The notes beneath the pieces are model-generated. The model was not told the origin of the DNA and ran no database searches. It saw only the letters and a program-made list of their open reading frames with translations. A DNA stretch of 64,000 nt from Deltaproteobacteria bacterium (GTDB lineage: Bacteria > Desulfobacterota > GWC2-55-46): NCBI GenBank assembly GCA_016219015.1, contig JACRCL010000032.1, positions 26,588 through 90,587 of the forward strand. Direction: 5' to 3'. Shown here one piece after another: positions 30,278-39,603 of this stretch. The position numbers were made by a program, and so were the translations under genes. How positions within the stretch are numbered: position 1 is the first letter of the stretch; every line of letters begins with the position of its first letter.

Positions 30278-32998
30278 ATGTTAAATAATCTCCTGAAAAA
30301 GGTATTCGGCAGCAAGAACGAAAGGGAAGTAAAGAGGTTCCAGCCCATAGTGGAGAGGATAAACTCCCTTGAGCCGTCGATGAAGAATTTAAGCGACGAG
30401 GGCTTCCGGGACCTGACGAGAAAGTTCAGGGAAGAGCTCTCATCCGGCAAGACCCTCGACGACATACTCCCGGAGGCGTTCGCCGCCGTAAGGGAAGTGG
30501 CGTGGAGGAAGCTCCAGATGCGCCACTTCGACGTCCAGCTCATGGGCGGCATGGTCCTGCACGAGGGGAAGATCTCCGAGATGAAGACAGGCGAGGGCAA
30601 GACGCTCGTGGCCACCCTCCCTTTGTACCTTAACGCCCTTACCGGAAGAGGCGCCCACCTCGTCACCGTGAACGACTACCTGGCCAGGAGGGACAGCCAC
30701 TGGATGGGCGCGGTTTACCACGCCCTCGGCCTCTCGGTCGGGGTCATCCAGCACGAGGCGAGCTTCATCTACGACCCGGAGCACAGGGGGCAGGGGAGCT
30801 TCATCCACTTCAGGCCGACATCCAGGAAAGAGGCCTACAACGCCGATATCACCTACGGCACCAATAACGAGTTCGGCTTCGATTACCTGAGGGACAACAT
30901 GAAGTTCTCCCTCGAGGAGTACGTCCAGAGGGACCTCAACTACGCGATAGTGGACGAGGTAGACTCCATCCTCGTGGACGAGGCCCGCACCCCGCTTATC
31001 ATCTCCGGCCCCACCGAGGAATCGACCGATAAATATTACACGATAGACAGGATAATGCCGGGGCTCCAGAAAGAGCTCCATTATACGGTCGACGAGAAGG
31101 CCCGGCAGGTATTGATGACCGACGACGGAGTAATGAAGGTCGAGGAGCTCCTTGACATCGGCAACCTCTACGACCCGGAGAACATAGAAACGCTCCACCA
31201 CGTAAATCAGGCCCTGAGGGCGCACGTGCTCTTCCACAGGGACATAGACTACGTGGTGAAGGACGACCAGGTAATAATAGTCGATGAGTTCACGGGCCGG
31301 TTGATGCCGGGGCGGCGCTGGAGCGACGGGCTCCATCAGGCCGTCGAGGCGAAGGAGAAGGCGAAGATAGAGAACGAGAACCAGACGCTCGCCACCATCA
31401 CCTTCCAGAACTACTTCAGGATGTACGACAAGCTCGCCGGCATGACCGGCACGGCCGACACCGAGGCCGCCGAGTTCCATTCCATCTACAAGCTCGAGGT
31501 CCTTATCATCCCGACGAACAAGCCGATGTCGAGGACGGATACCATGGACCTCGTTTACAAGACCAAGAAGGAGAAGTTCAAGGCCGTGGTAAAGGAGATA
31601 GAGGACCTGCACAGGAAGGGCAGGCCCGTGCTCGTCGGCACCATCTCGATAGACGATTCCGAGAAGCTCGCCGCCATACTTACCCGGAACGGCATCCCGC
31701 ACCACGTGCTTAACGCCAAGCAGCACGAGCGCGAGGCCGAGATAGTCGCGCAGGCCGGGCGCCTCCGCGCCGTGACGATATCCACCAACATGGCGGGCAG
31801 GGGCACGGACATACTCCTCGGGGGCAACCCGGAGTACCTGGCCTCGGCGCGCGCCGGCAAGGACGACTCCACCGAAGAGTACCATCAGGCGCTCGAACGG
31901 GCCCGCGTCACGTGCGAGGAGGAGAAGCAAAAGGTCCTCGATCTCGGAGGGCTTCACATACTCGGCACCGAGAGGCACGAGTCCAGGCGCATAGACAACC
32001 AGTTGAGGGGCCGCGCCGGCCGCCAGGGCGACCCCGGCTCATCGAGGTTCTACCTATCGCTGGAGGACGACCTGCTGAGGATATTCGGCAGCGAAAGGAT
32101 AGCCTCCATCATGAGCAGGATCGGCATGGAGGAGGACGTGCCCATAGAGCACGGCCTCGTGTCAAAGGCCATAGAGAACGCGCAGAAGAAGGTCGAGGCG
32201 CACAACTTCGACATAAGGAAGCACCTGCTTGAGTACGACGACGTAATGAACCAGCAGAGGGAGGTCGTCTACGGGTACAGGAAGCAGATACTCTCCCATG
32301 CGGGCCTGAGGGAGATGGTAAGGGAGTTCAGCGTCGAGGTCGCCGAAGGCCTCGTCAATACCCATATAGAGGAGAAGGCGCACCCGGAGGAATGGGACCT
32401 GAAGGCATTGGGAGACGCCGTCCTCAACCAGTTCGGGGTCACCTTCGGCTCGAACGACTCGCATGAGGCTAACAGCAGGGAGGCCCTTGCCGAATCAATA
32501 GTGGAGAGGGCGTGGAAGGTCTACAACGACAAGGTCACGATGGTAGGGGACGAGCCCTTCGCGCAGTTCGAGAGGGTCATAATGCTCCATACGCTCGACA
32601 CCCTCTGGAAGGACCACCTCCTTTCGATGGACCACCTGAAGGGCGGGATAGGGCTGCGCGGTTACGGGCAGAAAGACCCTCTGCAGGAGTACAAGAAAGA
32701 GGGGTTCGACCTCTTTGTCGAGATGATATTCAGGCTGAAATCCGAGGTGACCGAGAGGCTCTTCAAGGTGCAGATAAAGAAGGAAGAGGAGGCCCAGGCC
32801 GAGGCGTCGAAGCCGATTGAGCCCAGGCCGAAGAGGCACGTAAACCAGAGAAAGCTTAAATATAGCCGCGGCGAGGAGGAGAAGGCCGAGGACAAGGAAC
32901 AGCCCGTCACAAGGCAGGGCGAAAAGGTCGGCAGGAACGACCCGTGCCCCTGCGGGAGCGGCAAGAAGTATAAGAGGTGCTGCGGGGCGACCGCCTGA
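30278..32998 (+). CDS. secA: Preprotein translocase ATPase SecA
   Basis: 906 aa. Motifs [32 protein letters not shown] and the C-terminal zinc finger [14 protein letters not shown]. Confidence 0.97.
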   Translation: MLNNLLKKVFGSKNEREVKRFQPIVERINSLEPSMKNLSDEGFRDLTRKFREELSSGKTLDDILPEAFAAVREVAWRKLQMRHFDVQLMGGMVLHEGKISEMKTGEGKTLVATLPLYLNALTGRGAHLVTVNDYLARRDSHWMGAVYHALGLSVGVIQHEASFIYDPEHRGQGSFIHFRPTSRKEAYNADITYGTNNEFGFDYLRDNMKFSLEEYVQRDLNYAIVDEVDSILVDEARTPLIISGPTEESTDKYYTIDRIMPGLQKELHYTVDEKARQVLMTDDGVMKVEELLDIGNLYDPENIETLHHVNQALRAHVLFHRDIDYVVKDDQVIIVDEFTGRLMPGRRWSDGLHQAVEAKEKAKIENENQTLATITFQNYFRMYDKLAGMTGTADTEAAEFHSIYKLEVLIIPTNKPMSRTDTMDLVYKTKKEKFKAVVKEIEDLHRKGRPVLVGTISIDDSEKLAAILTRNGIPHHVLNAKQHEREAEIVAQAGRLRAVTISTNMAGRGTDILLGGNPEYLASARAGKDDSTEEYHQALERARVTCEEEKQKVLDLGGLHILGTERHESRRIDNQLRGRAGRQGDPGSSRFYLSLEDDLLRIFGSERIASIMSRIGMEEDVPIEHGLVSKAIENAQKKVEAHNFDIRKHLLEYDDVMNQQREVVYGYRKQILSHAGLREMVREFSVEVAEGLVNTHIEEKAHPEEWDLKALGDAVLNQFGVTFGSNDSHEANSREALAESIVERAWKVYNDKVTMVGDEPFAQFERVIMLHTLDTLWKDHLLSMDHLKGGIGLRGYGQKDPLQEYKKEGFDLFVEMIFRLKSEVTERLFKVQIKKEEEAQAEASKPIEPRPKRHVNQRKLKYSRGEEEKAEDKEQPVTRQGEKVGRNDPCPCGSGKKYKRCCGATA

Positions 32999-33039
32999 CC
33001 TTCGCATAAATCCATTTCCCCCTGAAAGGCTTTAAAGAG

Positions 33040-34248
33040 ATGCCGCCGAAGAAGAAAAGACCTTCCGCCGAGTTCGCGGTGCCCGGCTTCAAGGCCGCGG
33101 GCATTGCCTGCGGCATCAAGAAGAACGGGAAAAAAGACCTCGCCCTTATATTGAGCGACGGACCCGCGAGCGTGGCCGGGCTTTTTACCACGAACAGCGT
33201 CAAGGCCGCCCCTGTGCTCCTTGACATGAAAAGGGTCAGAAAGGGCGTATCCAGAGGCGTCATAATAAACAGCGGGAACGCCAACGCGTGCACCGGCAAG
33301 CCCGGATACGAGGCTGCCGCCGCCATGGCTACACTGGCTGAGCGGGCCTCGGGCGCTAAAAAAGGCTCCATCATGGTCGCCTCCACCGGGGTCATCGGCG
33401 TGCCTTTCCCGATAAAGAAGGTCGAGGCCGGGATATCCTCACTCGTCGGGTCTTTAAGCTACTCGGGGATGAAGAGCGCGGCCGAGGCGATAATGACCAC
33501 CGACGCATTCATGAAAAAGGCGTCCGCAAAGGTCAATATCAACGGCAGGAAGGTGACCATAGCCGGGATAGCCAAGGGCGCGGGCATGATATGCCCCGAC
33601 ATGGCGACGATGCTCGCCTTTTTCGCGACCGACGCGGAGATAAAGGCCCCGGCCCTCAGGAAGGCGCTCAAGCTCGCCGCGGACGCCTCGTTCAACAGCA
33701 TAATAGTGGACAACGACACCTCTACCAACGATACCGTCATGGCCTTCGCCAACGGCTGTTCGGGATGCGGGGAAATAAGGCCCGGCACAAAGGAGTTCGC
33801 GGCGTTCGAGCGCGCGTTAAGGTCCGTCTCGCTTGATCTTGCCCACATGATAGTCAGGGACGGCGAGGGGGCCACGCGCTTTATCGAGATAGACTTGAAG
33901 GGCGCGGCCTCGGTTGCCTCCGCCCGGAAGGCCGCGAGGACGATAGCCGAGTCCTTCCTCGTCAAGACCGCCTTTTTCGGGGGAGACCCGAACTGGGGCA
34001 GGATATTGGCCGCCCTCGGCAGGTCCGGTGTAAGGATGAGGGAGGAGAAGGTAGATATCTCCCTGAACGGGGTCCAGGTAGTGAAGAAGGGGCTCGACAC
34101 GGGCAGGGAGCGGGAGGCCGCGAAGGCGATGAAGGAAAAAGAGGTCAGTGTCTCGGTAGCCCTGAATATCGGGCGGCACTCCGCAAAACTCTGGACCTCC
34201 GACCTTTCTTTCGAGTACGTTAGGATAAACTCGGCGTACAGGACTTAA
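33040..34248 (+). CDS. argJ: Bifunctional glutamate N-acetyltransferase / amino-acid acetyltransferase ArgJ
   Basis: Autoproteolytic site context ATML (..GMICPDMATMLAFFATD), N-terminal FKAAGIACGIKKNG and conserved C-terminal TSDLSFEYVRINSAYRT. Confidence 0.92.
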   Translation: MPPKKKRPSAEFAVPGFKAAGIACGIKKNGKKDLALILSDGPASVAGLFTTNSVKAAPVLLDMKRVRKGVSRGVIINSGNANACTGKPGYEAAAAMATLAERASGAKKGSIMVASTGVIGVPFPIKKVEAGISSLVGSLSYSGMKSAAEAIMTTDAFMKKASAKVNINGRKVTIAGIAKGAGMICPDMATMLAFFATDAEIKAPALRKALKLAADASFNSIIVDNDTSTNDTVMAFANGCSGCGEIRPGTKEFAAFERALRSVSLDLAHMIVRDGEGATRFIEIDLKGAASVASARKAARTIAESFLVKTAFFGGDPNWGRILAALGRSGVRMREEKVDISLNGVQVVKKGLDTGREREAAKAMKEKEVSVSVALNIGRHSAKLWTSDLSFEYVRINSAYRT

Positions 34249-34259
34249 AGGAGGTATTT

Positions 34260-34682
34260 ATGGAGCTTCTCTTCAAAGAGGCCGACAGGTGGCTCAGGCA
34301 GGCGGAATACGACCTGAAGGCCGCGGAATGGAACCAGCAGGGCGGCTTTTTCGCCCCGGCCTGCTTCCTCGCGCAGCAGAGCGCGGCTAAATCGCTCAGG
34401 GCTTTTCTCTTCCTCAACAGGGAGGACGCGAGGGAGACAAGGTCGGTAGCCGACCTCCTCGACAGGGCGATGACCTATGAGGAAGAGTTCGGCAAGTTCG
34501 CGGGCACGTCCAAGGGCCTCGACCTTTACTACAAGACCTCGCGCTTCCCGGACGCGCTTCCGGGCGGGATACCCGCCGAGATAATATCCGGGAAAGACTC
34601 GCGGGACGCCATAAAGCAGGCTTCGGACATAATCTCGATAGTCGAGAAGAAGAGGAAGGGCTATCTCCCTGAGACCCTGTAA
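34260..34682 (+). CDS. HEPN-domain protein (stand-alone)
   Basis: 140 aa after a perfect RBS aaaggagg. N-terminal segment LRQAEYDLKAAEW...FFAPACFLAQQSAAKSLRAFL is typical of the HEPN fold. No adjacent nucleotidyltransferase (MNT) gene. Confidence 0.6.
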   Translation: MELLFKEADRWLRQAEYDLKAAEWNQQGGFFAPACFLAQQSAAKSLRAFLFLNREDARETRSVADLLDRAMTYEEEFGKFAGTSKGLDLYYKTSRFPDALPGGIPAEIISGKDSRDAIKQASDIISIVEKKRKGYLPETL

Positions 34683-34735
34683 AGGGGACGGCGCAAGGCC
34701 GGGTTCCTTCAAAGCCGTAAACATGGCGGTCATAG

Positions 34736-35515
34736 ATGGGTGATAAGTTTGTGCTGATCCTGCCTTTTGTCTTCGGGGCCGTGATAGGCAGTTTCCTGAA
34801 CGTCTGCATCTACCGTATCCCGATAGGGCTTTCGATAGTCTCTCCCCCCTCGAAGTGCCCTTCCTGCGGCAGGAACATCCCTTTCTACTATAATATACCC
34901 ATCATAAGCTACGTCGTCCTTATGGGCAGGTGCGGGCTTTGCGGGGCGCCGATTTCCCCCAGGTACCTTCTCGTGGAGTCCTTCACGGGCCTTGCCGCCG
35001 TATCGCTCTTCCTGAAGTTCGGCCCCTCCTTTGAGCTGCTGGCCTATTTCGTCTTCGTCTCATCCCTTATCGTGGTCACATTCATAGACCTCAAATACCA
35101 GATAATACCGGACGTGATAAGCCTGCCGGGCATAGCCGTGGGCCTTGCCGCGTCCTTTTTCATCCCTTCCGTGAATTTCCTCAACTCGTTCATCGGCATA
35201 CTCGCCGGGGGCGGGGTGCTCTTCGGGATAGCCACGGCTTACTACCTCCTTACCGGCAAGGAGGGTATGGGCGGCGGGGACGTGAAGCTGCTCGGGATGA
35301 TTGGGGCCTTCCTCGGGTGGAAGGGCGTTATAGTAACGCTCCTTTTAGGCTCTTTTCTCGGGGCCGTTATAGGGTCGTTCATAATGCTCCTTTCCGGAAA
35401 GGGGAGCAGGCACCCGATACCCTTCGGCCCGTTCCTCGCCATCGGGGCGGCCGCGCACCTTTTCTTGGGCGAGGAGCTTATAAGGTGGTACATAGTTACG
35501 GCCGTCGGGGCCTGA
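34736..35515 (+). CDS. pilD: Prepilin peptidase / N-methyltransferase (A24 family)
   Basis: N-terminal tetra-Cys motif CPSCGRN...CGLCGAPIS, eight transmembrane segments and catalytic Asp context GGGDVKLLGMIGAFLGW. Confidence 0.9.
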   Translation: MGDKFVLILPFVFGAVIGSFLNVCIYRIPIGLSIVSPPSKCPSCGRNIPFYYNIPIISYVVLMGRCGLCGAPISPRYLLVESFTGLAAVSLFLKFGPSFELLAYFVFVSSLIVVTFIDLKYQIIPDVISLPGIAVGLAASFFIPSVNFLNSFIGILAGGGVLFGIATAYYLLTGKEGMGGGDVKLLGMIGAFLGWKGVIVTLLLGSFLGAVIGSFIMLLSGKGSRHPIPFGPFLAIGAAAHLFLGEELIRWYIVTAVGA

Positions 35516-35572
35516 GGCCGGGGTGCTATAACCTATGGACAACCTTTATTTTTTAAACGCCGGTTCACGGTC

Positions 35573-37135
35573 ATGAGATATACCCTCGGCATACGGGCGC
35601 AGCTCATAGCCGGCATAGTGCTTACGACCCTTGCCGGCATAGGGCTTATCGGCATCCTGAGCATAAAGATAGTCGAGAACAGCGCCGTCTACTCGAAAGC
35701 ACGCGAGGCCGGGTCCATCGCGCGGTTCGCATCGCTGTCCTCGCGCCTTGCGGCCCCCCTGAACGACCCGTCCGCTCCGGTCAGGTCAATAGGGGCCGTG
35801 CTGAAGGGCTACGGGGTATCTGATTTCAGGGTCGTTGACGCCTCCGGGAAGGTCTTATCAAAGGAAGGGGTGCTGCCGATAGAGGCCGGCGAGCGCCTGC
35901 CGTACGCGGGGGATATGACCATAAGGAAGGCCGGCGTAGGGTTCCTGAAAGGCCCGGGAGAGGCGCTTTTGATAACGGCCCCGCTGAGCGCTCCAGGCAG
36001 GGCGACACTCGAGTTCTCCATGCCGCTCGGCGGGATAAAGGAGGAGATGGCGGGGATAAAAAGGTTCCTCCTCCTCTACGCCGCGCTCGACTCGGTAGTC
36101 ATAATCGTCTTCGGCGTCTTTTTCCTCTCGCGCTCGATAGTCAGCCCGATAAGCAAACTTACGGACGCGGCCATGCGAATATCCGGCGGGGACCTGAGCG
36201 AAAGGGCCGAGGTCGCGGCCGATAACGAAATCGGCAGCCTCGCGTCGTCGTTCAATATCATGGCCGACAGGCTCGAGGACGAGATAAAGAGCCTCGAGAG
36301 GGTCAACAAGGAGCTCGTGACCGCGCAGGAGGAACTGCTGAGGTCGTCCACGCTGGCCGTGGTCGGCAGGCTTGCCGCGGGCATAGCCCACGAGATAGGC
36401 AACCCGCTCGGCGCCGTGAGGGGCTACCTCGACATACTCTCCAGGGGCCTCCCGGACAGGGACGAGGAAAAAGAGATAGTGGAAAGGACCATAAAAGAGG
36501 TATCCCGGATAGACTTCATCGTAAGGGAGTTCCTCGAGGTATCGAGGCCGGCGCTCAGGTCTTCAGGGGCGGTGGACGTGAACAGGCTCCTCGAAGAGAC
36601 GGTATCGACGATAACCGTCCACAGGGACTTGAGCGGCATAGAGATAAGGACCGCGCTCAATGAAGGGCTGCCGCCGGTGGTCATGGACGAAAGGAAGCTC
36701 AGGCAGGTATTCATGAACCTCCTTGTAAACGCCGCGCACTCGTTCGAAGGAAAGGCCCAATCCCGATCAAATGACAGGCTCATCACCATAGAGTCCGGCC
36801 TCTTTAAAAAGCAGATAGAGAGGCCGCGCGTAAGGAGGAGGAGGGGGGACACCCCGCTTACGGCCCCGCCGGAGATCGAGGACAGGGAGTTCGTGTTCAT
36901 AAGGTTCACGGACACCGGCGCCGGGATAAGCGGGGAGGGGGCCGGGAGGATATTCGAGCCCTTCTATACCACGAAGGCCCCGGGCCAGGGCACGGGGCTC
37001 GGGCTTTTCGTCTCGCAGTCGATAATAAAGGCCTACGGCGGAGAGATAACGCTTCATACCAAAGAGGGCGAGGGGTCGAGCTTTACCGTATTGCTCCCCC
37101 CCGGAGAGGGCCATGAAGATACTCATAATAGATGA
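35573..37135 (+). CDS. Sensor histidine kinase, PilS-like partner of the downstream sigma54-dependent regulator
   Basis: Two transmembrane segments, HAMP, H-box GIAHEIGNPLGAV, N-box FMNLLVNAAHSF, G-boxes DTGAGIS / GTGLGLFVSQSIIKAYGG. It overlaps the response-regulator start by 23 nt. Confidence 0.85.
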   Translation: MRYTLGIRAQLIAGIVLTTLAGIGLIGILSIKIVENSAVYSKAREAGSIARFASLSSRLAAPLNDPSAPVRSIGAVLKGYGVSDFRVVDASGKVLSKEGVLPIEAGERLPYAGDMTIRKAGVGFLKGPGEALLITAPLSAPGRATLEFSMPLGGIKEEMAGIKRFLLLYAALDSVVIIVFGVFFLSRSIVSPISKLTDAAMRISGGDLSERAEVAADNEIGSLASSFNIMADRLEDEIKSLERVNKELVTAQEELLRSSTLAVVGRLAAGIAHEIGNPLGAVRGYLDILSRGLPDRDEEKEIVERTIKEVSRIDFIVREFLEVSRPALRSSGAVDVNRLLEETVSTITVHRDLSGIEIRTALNEGLPPVVMDERKLRQVFMNLLVNAAHSFEGKAQSRSNDRLITIESGLFKKQIERPRVRRRRGDTPLTAPPEIEDREFVFIRFTDTGAGISGEGAGRIFEPFYTTKAPGQGTGLGLFVSQSIIKAYGGEITLHTKEGEGSSFTVLLPPGEGHEDTHNR

Positions 37136-38474
37136 CGAAGAGTCGATGCGCCACATGCTCTCGGTCATCCTCAAGAGGGAGGGCTACTCGACCGTAGCCA
37201 TGCCGGACGCGAAGAAGGCCCTCGACGTGCTCGAAGGGGATGACTTCGATTTCATACTATGCGACATAAAGATGCCTGGCATGGACGGGATCGAGTTCCT
37301 CAAAGCCCTGAAGGAGCGCGGCGCGAACCATACCGTCATAATGATGTCGGCCTACGGGACCATGGACAACGCCATAGAGTGCATGAAGCTCGGCGCGTAC
37401 GACTACATATCGAAGCCCTTCAAGGCCGACGAGATAATACTGACGGTAAAAAAGGCGGAGGAGAGGGAGAGGCTCAAGAAAGAGAACCTGAGGCTCAGGG
37501 AGGAAACGCTTGCCGACTATGACATAAGGAATATATTTACCGAAGATGAAAAGATGCTCGACGTCCTCGGTCTGGTGAAAAAGGTCTCGGACTACTCGAC
37601 CTCCGTCCTCATAACCGGCGAGAGCGGCACGGGCAAGGAGCTTGTGGCCAGGGCCATACACTACAGCGGCAACCGCGCCGCCAGGCCCTTCGTGGTGGTC
37701 AACTGCGGGGCGATACCCGGTGCGTTGCTGGAAAGCGAGCTTTTCGGCCACGTAAAGGGCGCGTTCACCGACGCCCACCGGAACAAGGCGGGCCTCTTCC
37801 AGGAGGCCGACAGCGGCACGATCTTCCTCGACGAGGTCGGGGAACTGCCGATGGAGCTGCAGGTGAAGCTCCTCCGCGTCCTGCAGGAAGGCGAGATAAG
37901 GAGGGTGGGGGATACCCGGCCCGTAAAGTTGGATACGAGGGTCGTCGCCGCCACGCTGAAGGACCTGAGGGAGGAGATTAAAAAAGGGACTTTCAGGGAA
38001 GACCTCTTCTACAGGTTGAACGTCATAGAGATAAAGCTCCCCCCCTTGAGGGAAAGGGCCTCTGATATACCGGCCCTCGCGGCGCACTTCGTCGAGAAGT
38101 ACGCGAAGAAGTTCGGCAAGCCCGCCAAGAGGCTTTCTGAAGAAGTGCTCGAAACTCTTGCCCGCCACGACTGGCCCGGCAACGTCCGCGAGCTCGAAAA
38201 CGTCATAGAAAGGGCGATGATACTCGAAGAGACCGATACCATCAGGAACAGGTCCCTCCCCATGACAGGCCGGGAGCCTTCCTTCCACTCCCCCCGCTCC
38301 CCCCACTCCCCACACTCCAATGACCTCTCCATAAAGAAGGCCGAGGAGGCTATCGAAAAAGAGCTTATAAGAAAGGCACTGGAGAAGACCGGCAACAACA
38401 AGACCAGGGCCGCCGAGATCCTCGAGATAAGCCACAGGGCCCTCCTCTACAAGATAAAAAATTACGGACTATGA
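37113..38474 (+). CDS. pilR: Sigma54-dependent response regulator (NtrC family), PilR-like
   Basis: Receiver domain (ILIIDDEESM...ILCDIKMPGMDG), AAA+ sigma54-activator domain (GESGTGKELVARAIH, GAFTDA variant of GAFTGA, ESELFGH) and a C-terminal Fis-type HTH (TRAAEILEISHRALLYKIKNYGL). Confidence 0.9.
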   Translation: MKILIIDDEESMRHMLSVILKREGYSTVAMPDAKKALDVLEGDDFDFILCDIKMPGMDGIEFLKALKERGANHTVIMMSAYGTMDNAIECMKLGAYDYISKPFKADEIILTVKKAEERERLKKENLRLREETLADYDIRNIFTEDEKMLDVLGLVKKVSDYSTSVLITGESGTGKELVARAIHYSGNRAARPFVVVNCGAIPGALLESELFGHVKGAFTDAHRNKAGLFQEADSGTIFLDEVGELPMELQVKLLRVLQEGEIRRVGDTRPVKLDTRVVAATLKDLREEIKKGTFREDLFYRLNVIEIKLPPLRERASDIPALAAHFVEKYAKKFGKPAKRLSEEVLETLARHDWPGNVRELENVIERAMILEETDTIRNRSLPMTGREPSFHSPRSPHSPHSNDLSIKKAEEAIEKELIRKALEKTGNNKTRAAEILEISHRALLYKIKNYGL

Positions 38475-38539
38475 AAAAAGTATCGGGTTTATGACACCTC
38501 CTGAAAATGGGAGTGTAATATAATCAGGTACTTACCTTT

Positions 38540-38555
38540 TGGCACGGGTATTGCT
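38540..38555 (+). promoter_or_regulatory. Sigma54 (-24/-12) promoter: TGGCACG-N4-TTGCT
   Basis: ttggcacgggtattgcta exactly matches the RpoN consensus TGGCACG-N4-TTGCW. It lies 25 nt upstream of the minor-pilin ATG and just downstream of the sigma54-dependent activator gene. Confidence 0.6.
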
Positions 38556-38579
38556 AAATATCATTGCAGAGGTATATCC

Positions 38580-39059
38580 ATGGCTAAAAGCTCTCAAAAA
38601 GGATTTTCGATAGCAGAGATACTTGTAGTGATGGGGCTGGCCGCCACCATTATCGCCATCGGCGCCCCGGCCCTCATAAGAGAGATGTCGCACCTGCGCC
38701 TCAAGAGGTCGGTCATGGACGTATCTACGGAGCTGAACGCCGCGAGGATGAAGGCGATAGCTAATAACACCAAGTACAGGGTCGAGTTCACATTGAACGC
38801 GGCCCCCACGCCCGACACGTTCAAGCTCGCGTACTACGATACGGGCACGAGCACATGGGTGCCCGACCCGAAGCACGCCACGAAGGGTGTAGAGCCGGGC
38901 ATTGACATAACCTCCCCGAACGCGGACTTTCAGGTGGAGTTCTACCCCACGGGCACTGGCACGAACAAGGATATATGCCTTCAGAACACCGCGACAGACA
39001 GGATGAAGGTCAGCGTGGAATTCGCGGTGGGCAAGATAACGGTCGATACAGGCTGCTAA
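38580..39059 (+). CDS. Type IV minor pilin, FimT/FimU (GspH-domain) family
   Basis: Prepilin leader MAKSSQKG|FSIAEILVV with Glu at +5. LIREMSHLRLKRSVMDVSTELNAARMKAIANNTKYRVEF resembles the FimT/GspH N-terminal region. Confidence 0.75.
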   Translation: MAKSSQKGFSIAEILVVMGLAATIIAIGAPALIREMSHLRLKRSVMDVSTELNAARMKAIANNTKYRVEFTLNAAPTPDTFKLAYYDTGTSTWVPDPKHATKGVEPGIDITSPNADFQVEFYPTGTGTNKDICLQNTATDRMKVSVEFAVGKITVDTGC

Positions 39060-39071
39060 AAAGAGGCTGCC

Positions 39072-39578
39072 GTGAAGATGGCACTGGACAGAAAAGGTTT
39101 TACGCTCATAGAGGTCCTCATAGCCATAACTCTCCTGAGCATCGGTATACTCGGGATCGCCGGGCTCGCGGGCACCGCCATAAAATCATCCGGCTACAGC
39201 CAGGCCATCACCCAGGCCAATAACCTCGCCCAGGAGAAGGTCGAGGCCCTCCTGAGCGTTGATTACAACAACATCCAGGCGACCGACACGACCACGGGCA
39301 ATTCGGCCCTTTGGAGGACCTGCGCGCAGACAGGTTTCGCGGCCAACAGGCCCGAATTCACCTGCACGCCGACCACGGCCACCGTGACCTCGCTCGGCAA
39401 GCCGTTCACATGGTCTTACAAGGTCACCTACATAGACCTTGACGGCGACAACATCGCGAACGCGAGCGTTGACGGGCTTAAAAGGATAGACCTGACGGTC
39501 TCATGGACCGACATACTCTGGCACACGACCAAGAACGTTACGATTGTGAGCTTAAGGAGCAGGGACTTCATCGAATAG
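39072..39578 (+). CDS. pilV: Type IV pilus minor pilin PilV-like
   Basis: GTG start after RBS aagagg. Prepilin leader MKMALDRKG|FTLIEVLIAITLLSIGILGIAGL. Confidence 0.8.
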   Translation: MKMALDRKGFTLIEVLIAITLLSIGILGIAGLAGTAIKSSGYSQAITQANNLAQEKVEALLSVDYNNIQATDTTTGNSALWRTCAQTGFAANRPEFTCTPTTATVTSLGKPFTWSYKVTYIDLDGDNIANASVDGLKRIDLTVSWTDILWHTTKNVTIVSLRSRDFIE

Positions 39579-39603
39579 CGCGACCTCAAAGACGGGGGAA
39601 GAT

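Noticed and set aside
30440-31978. 512-aa minus-strand ORF inside secA
   Set aside because: Shadow ORF opposite a near-universal essential gene. Arg/Leu/Gly/Val-rich translation without motifs.
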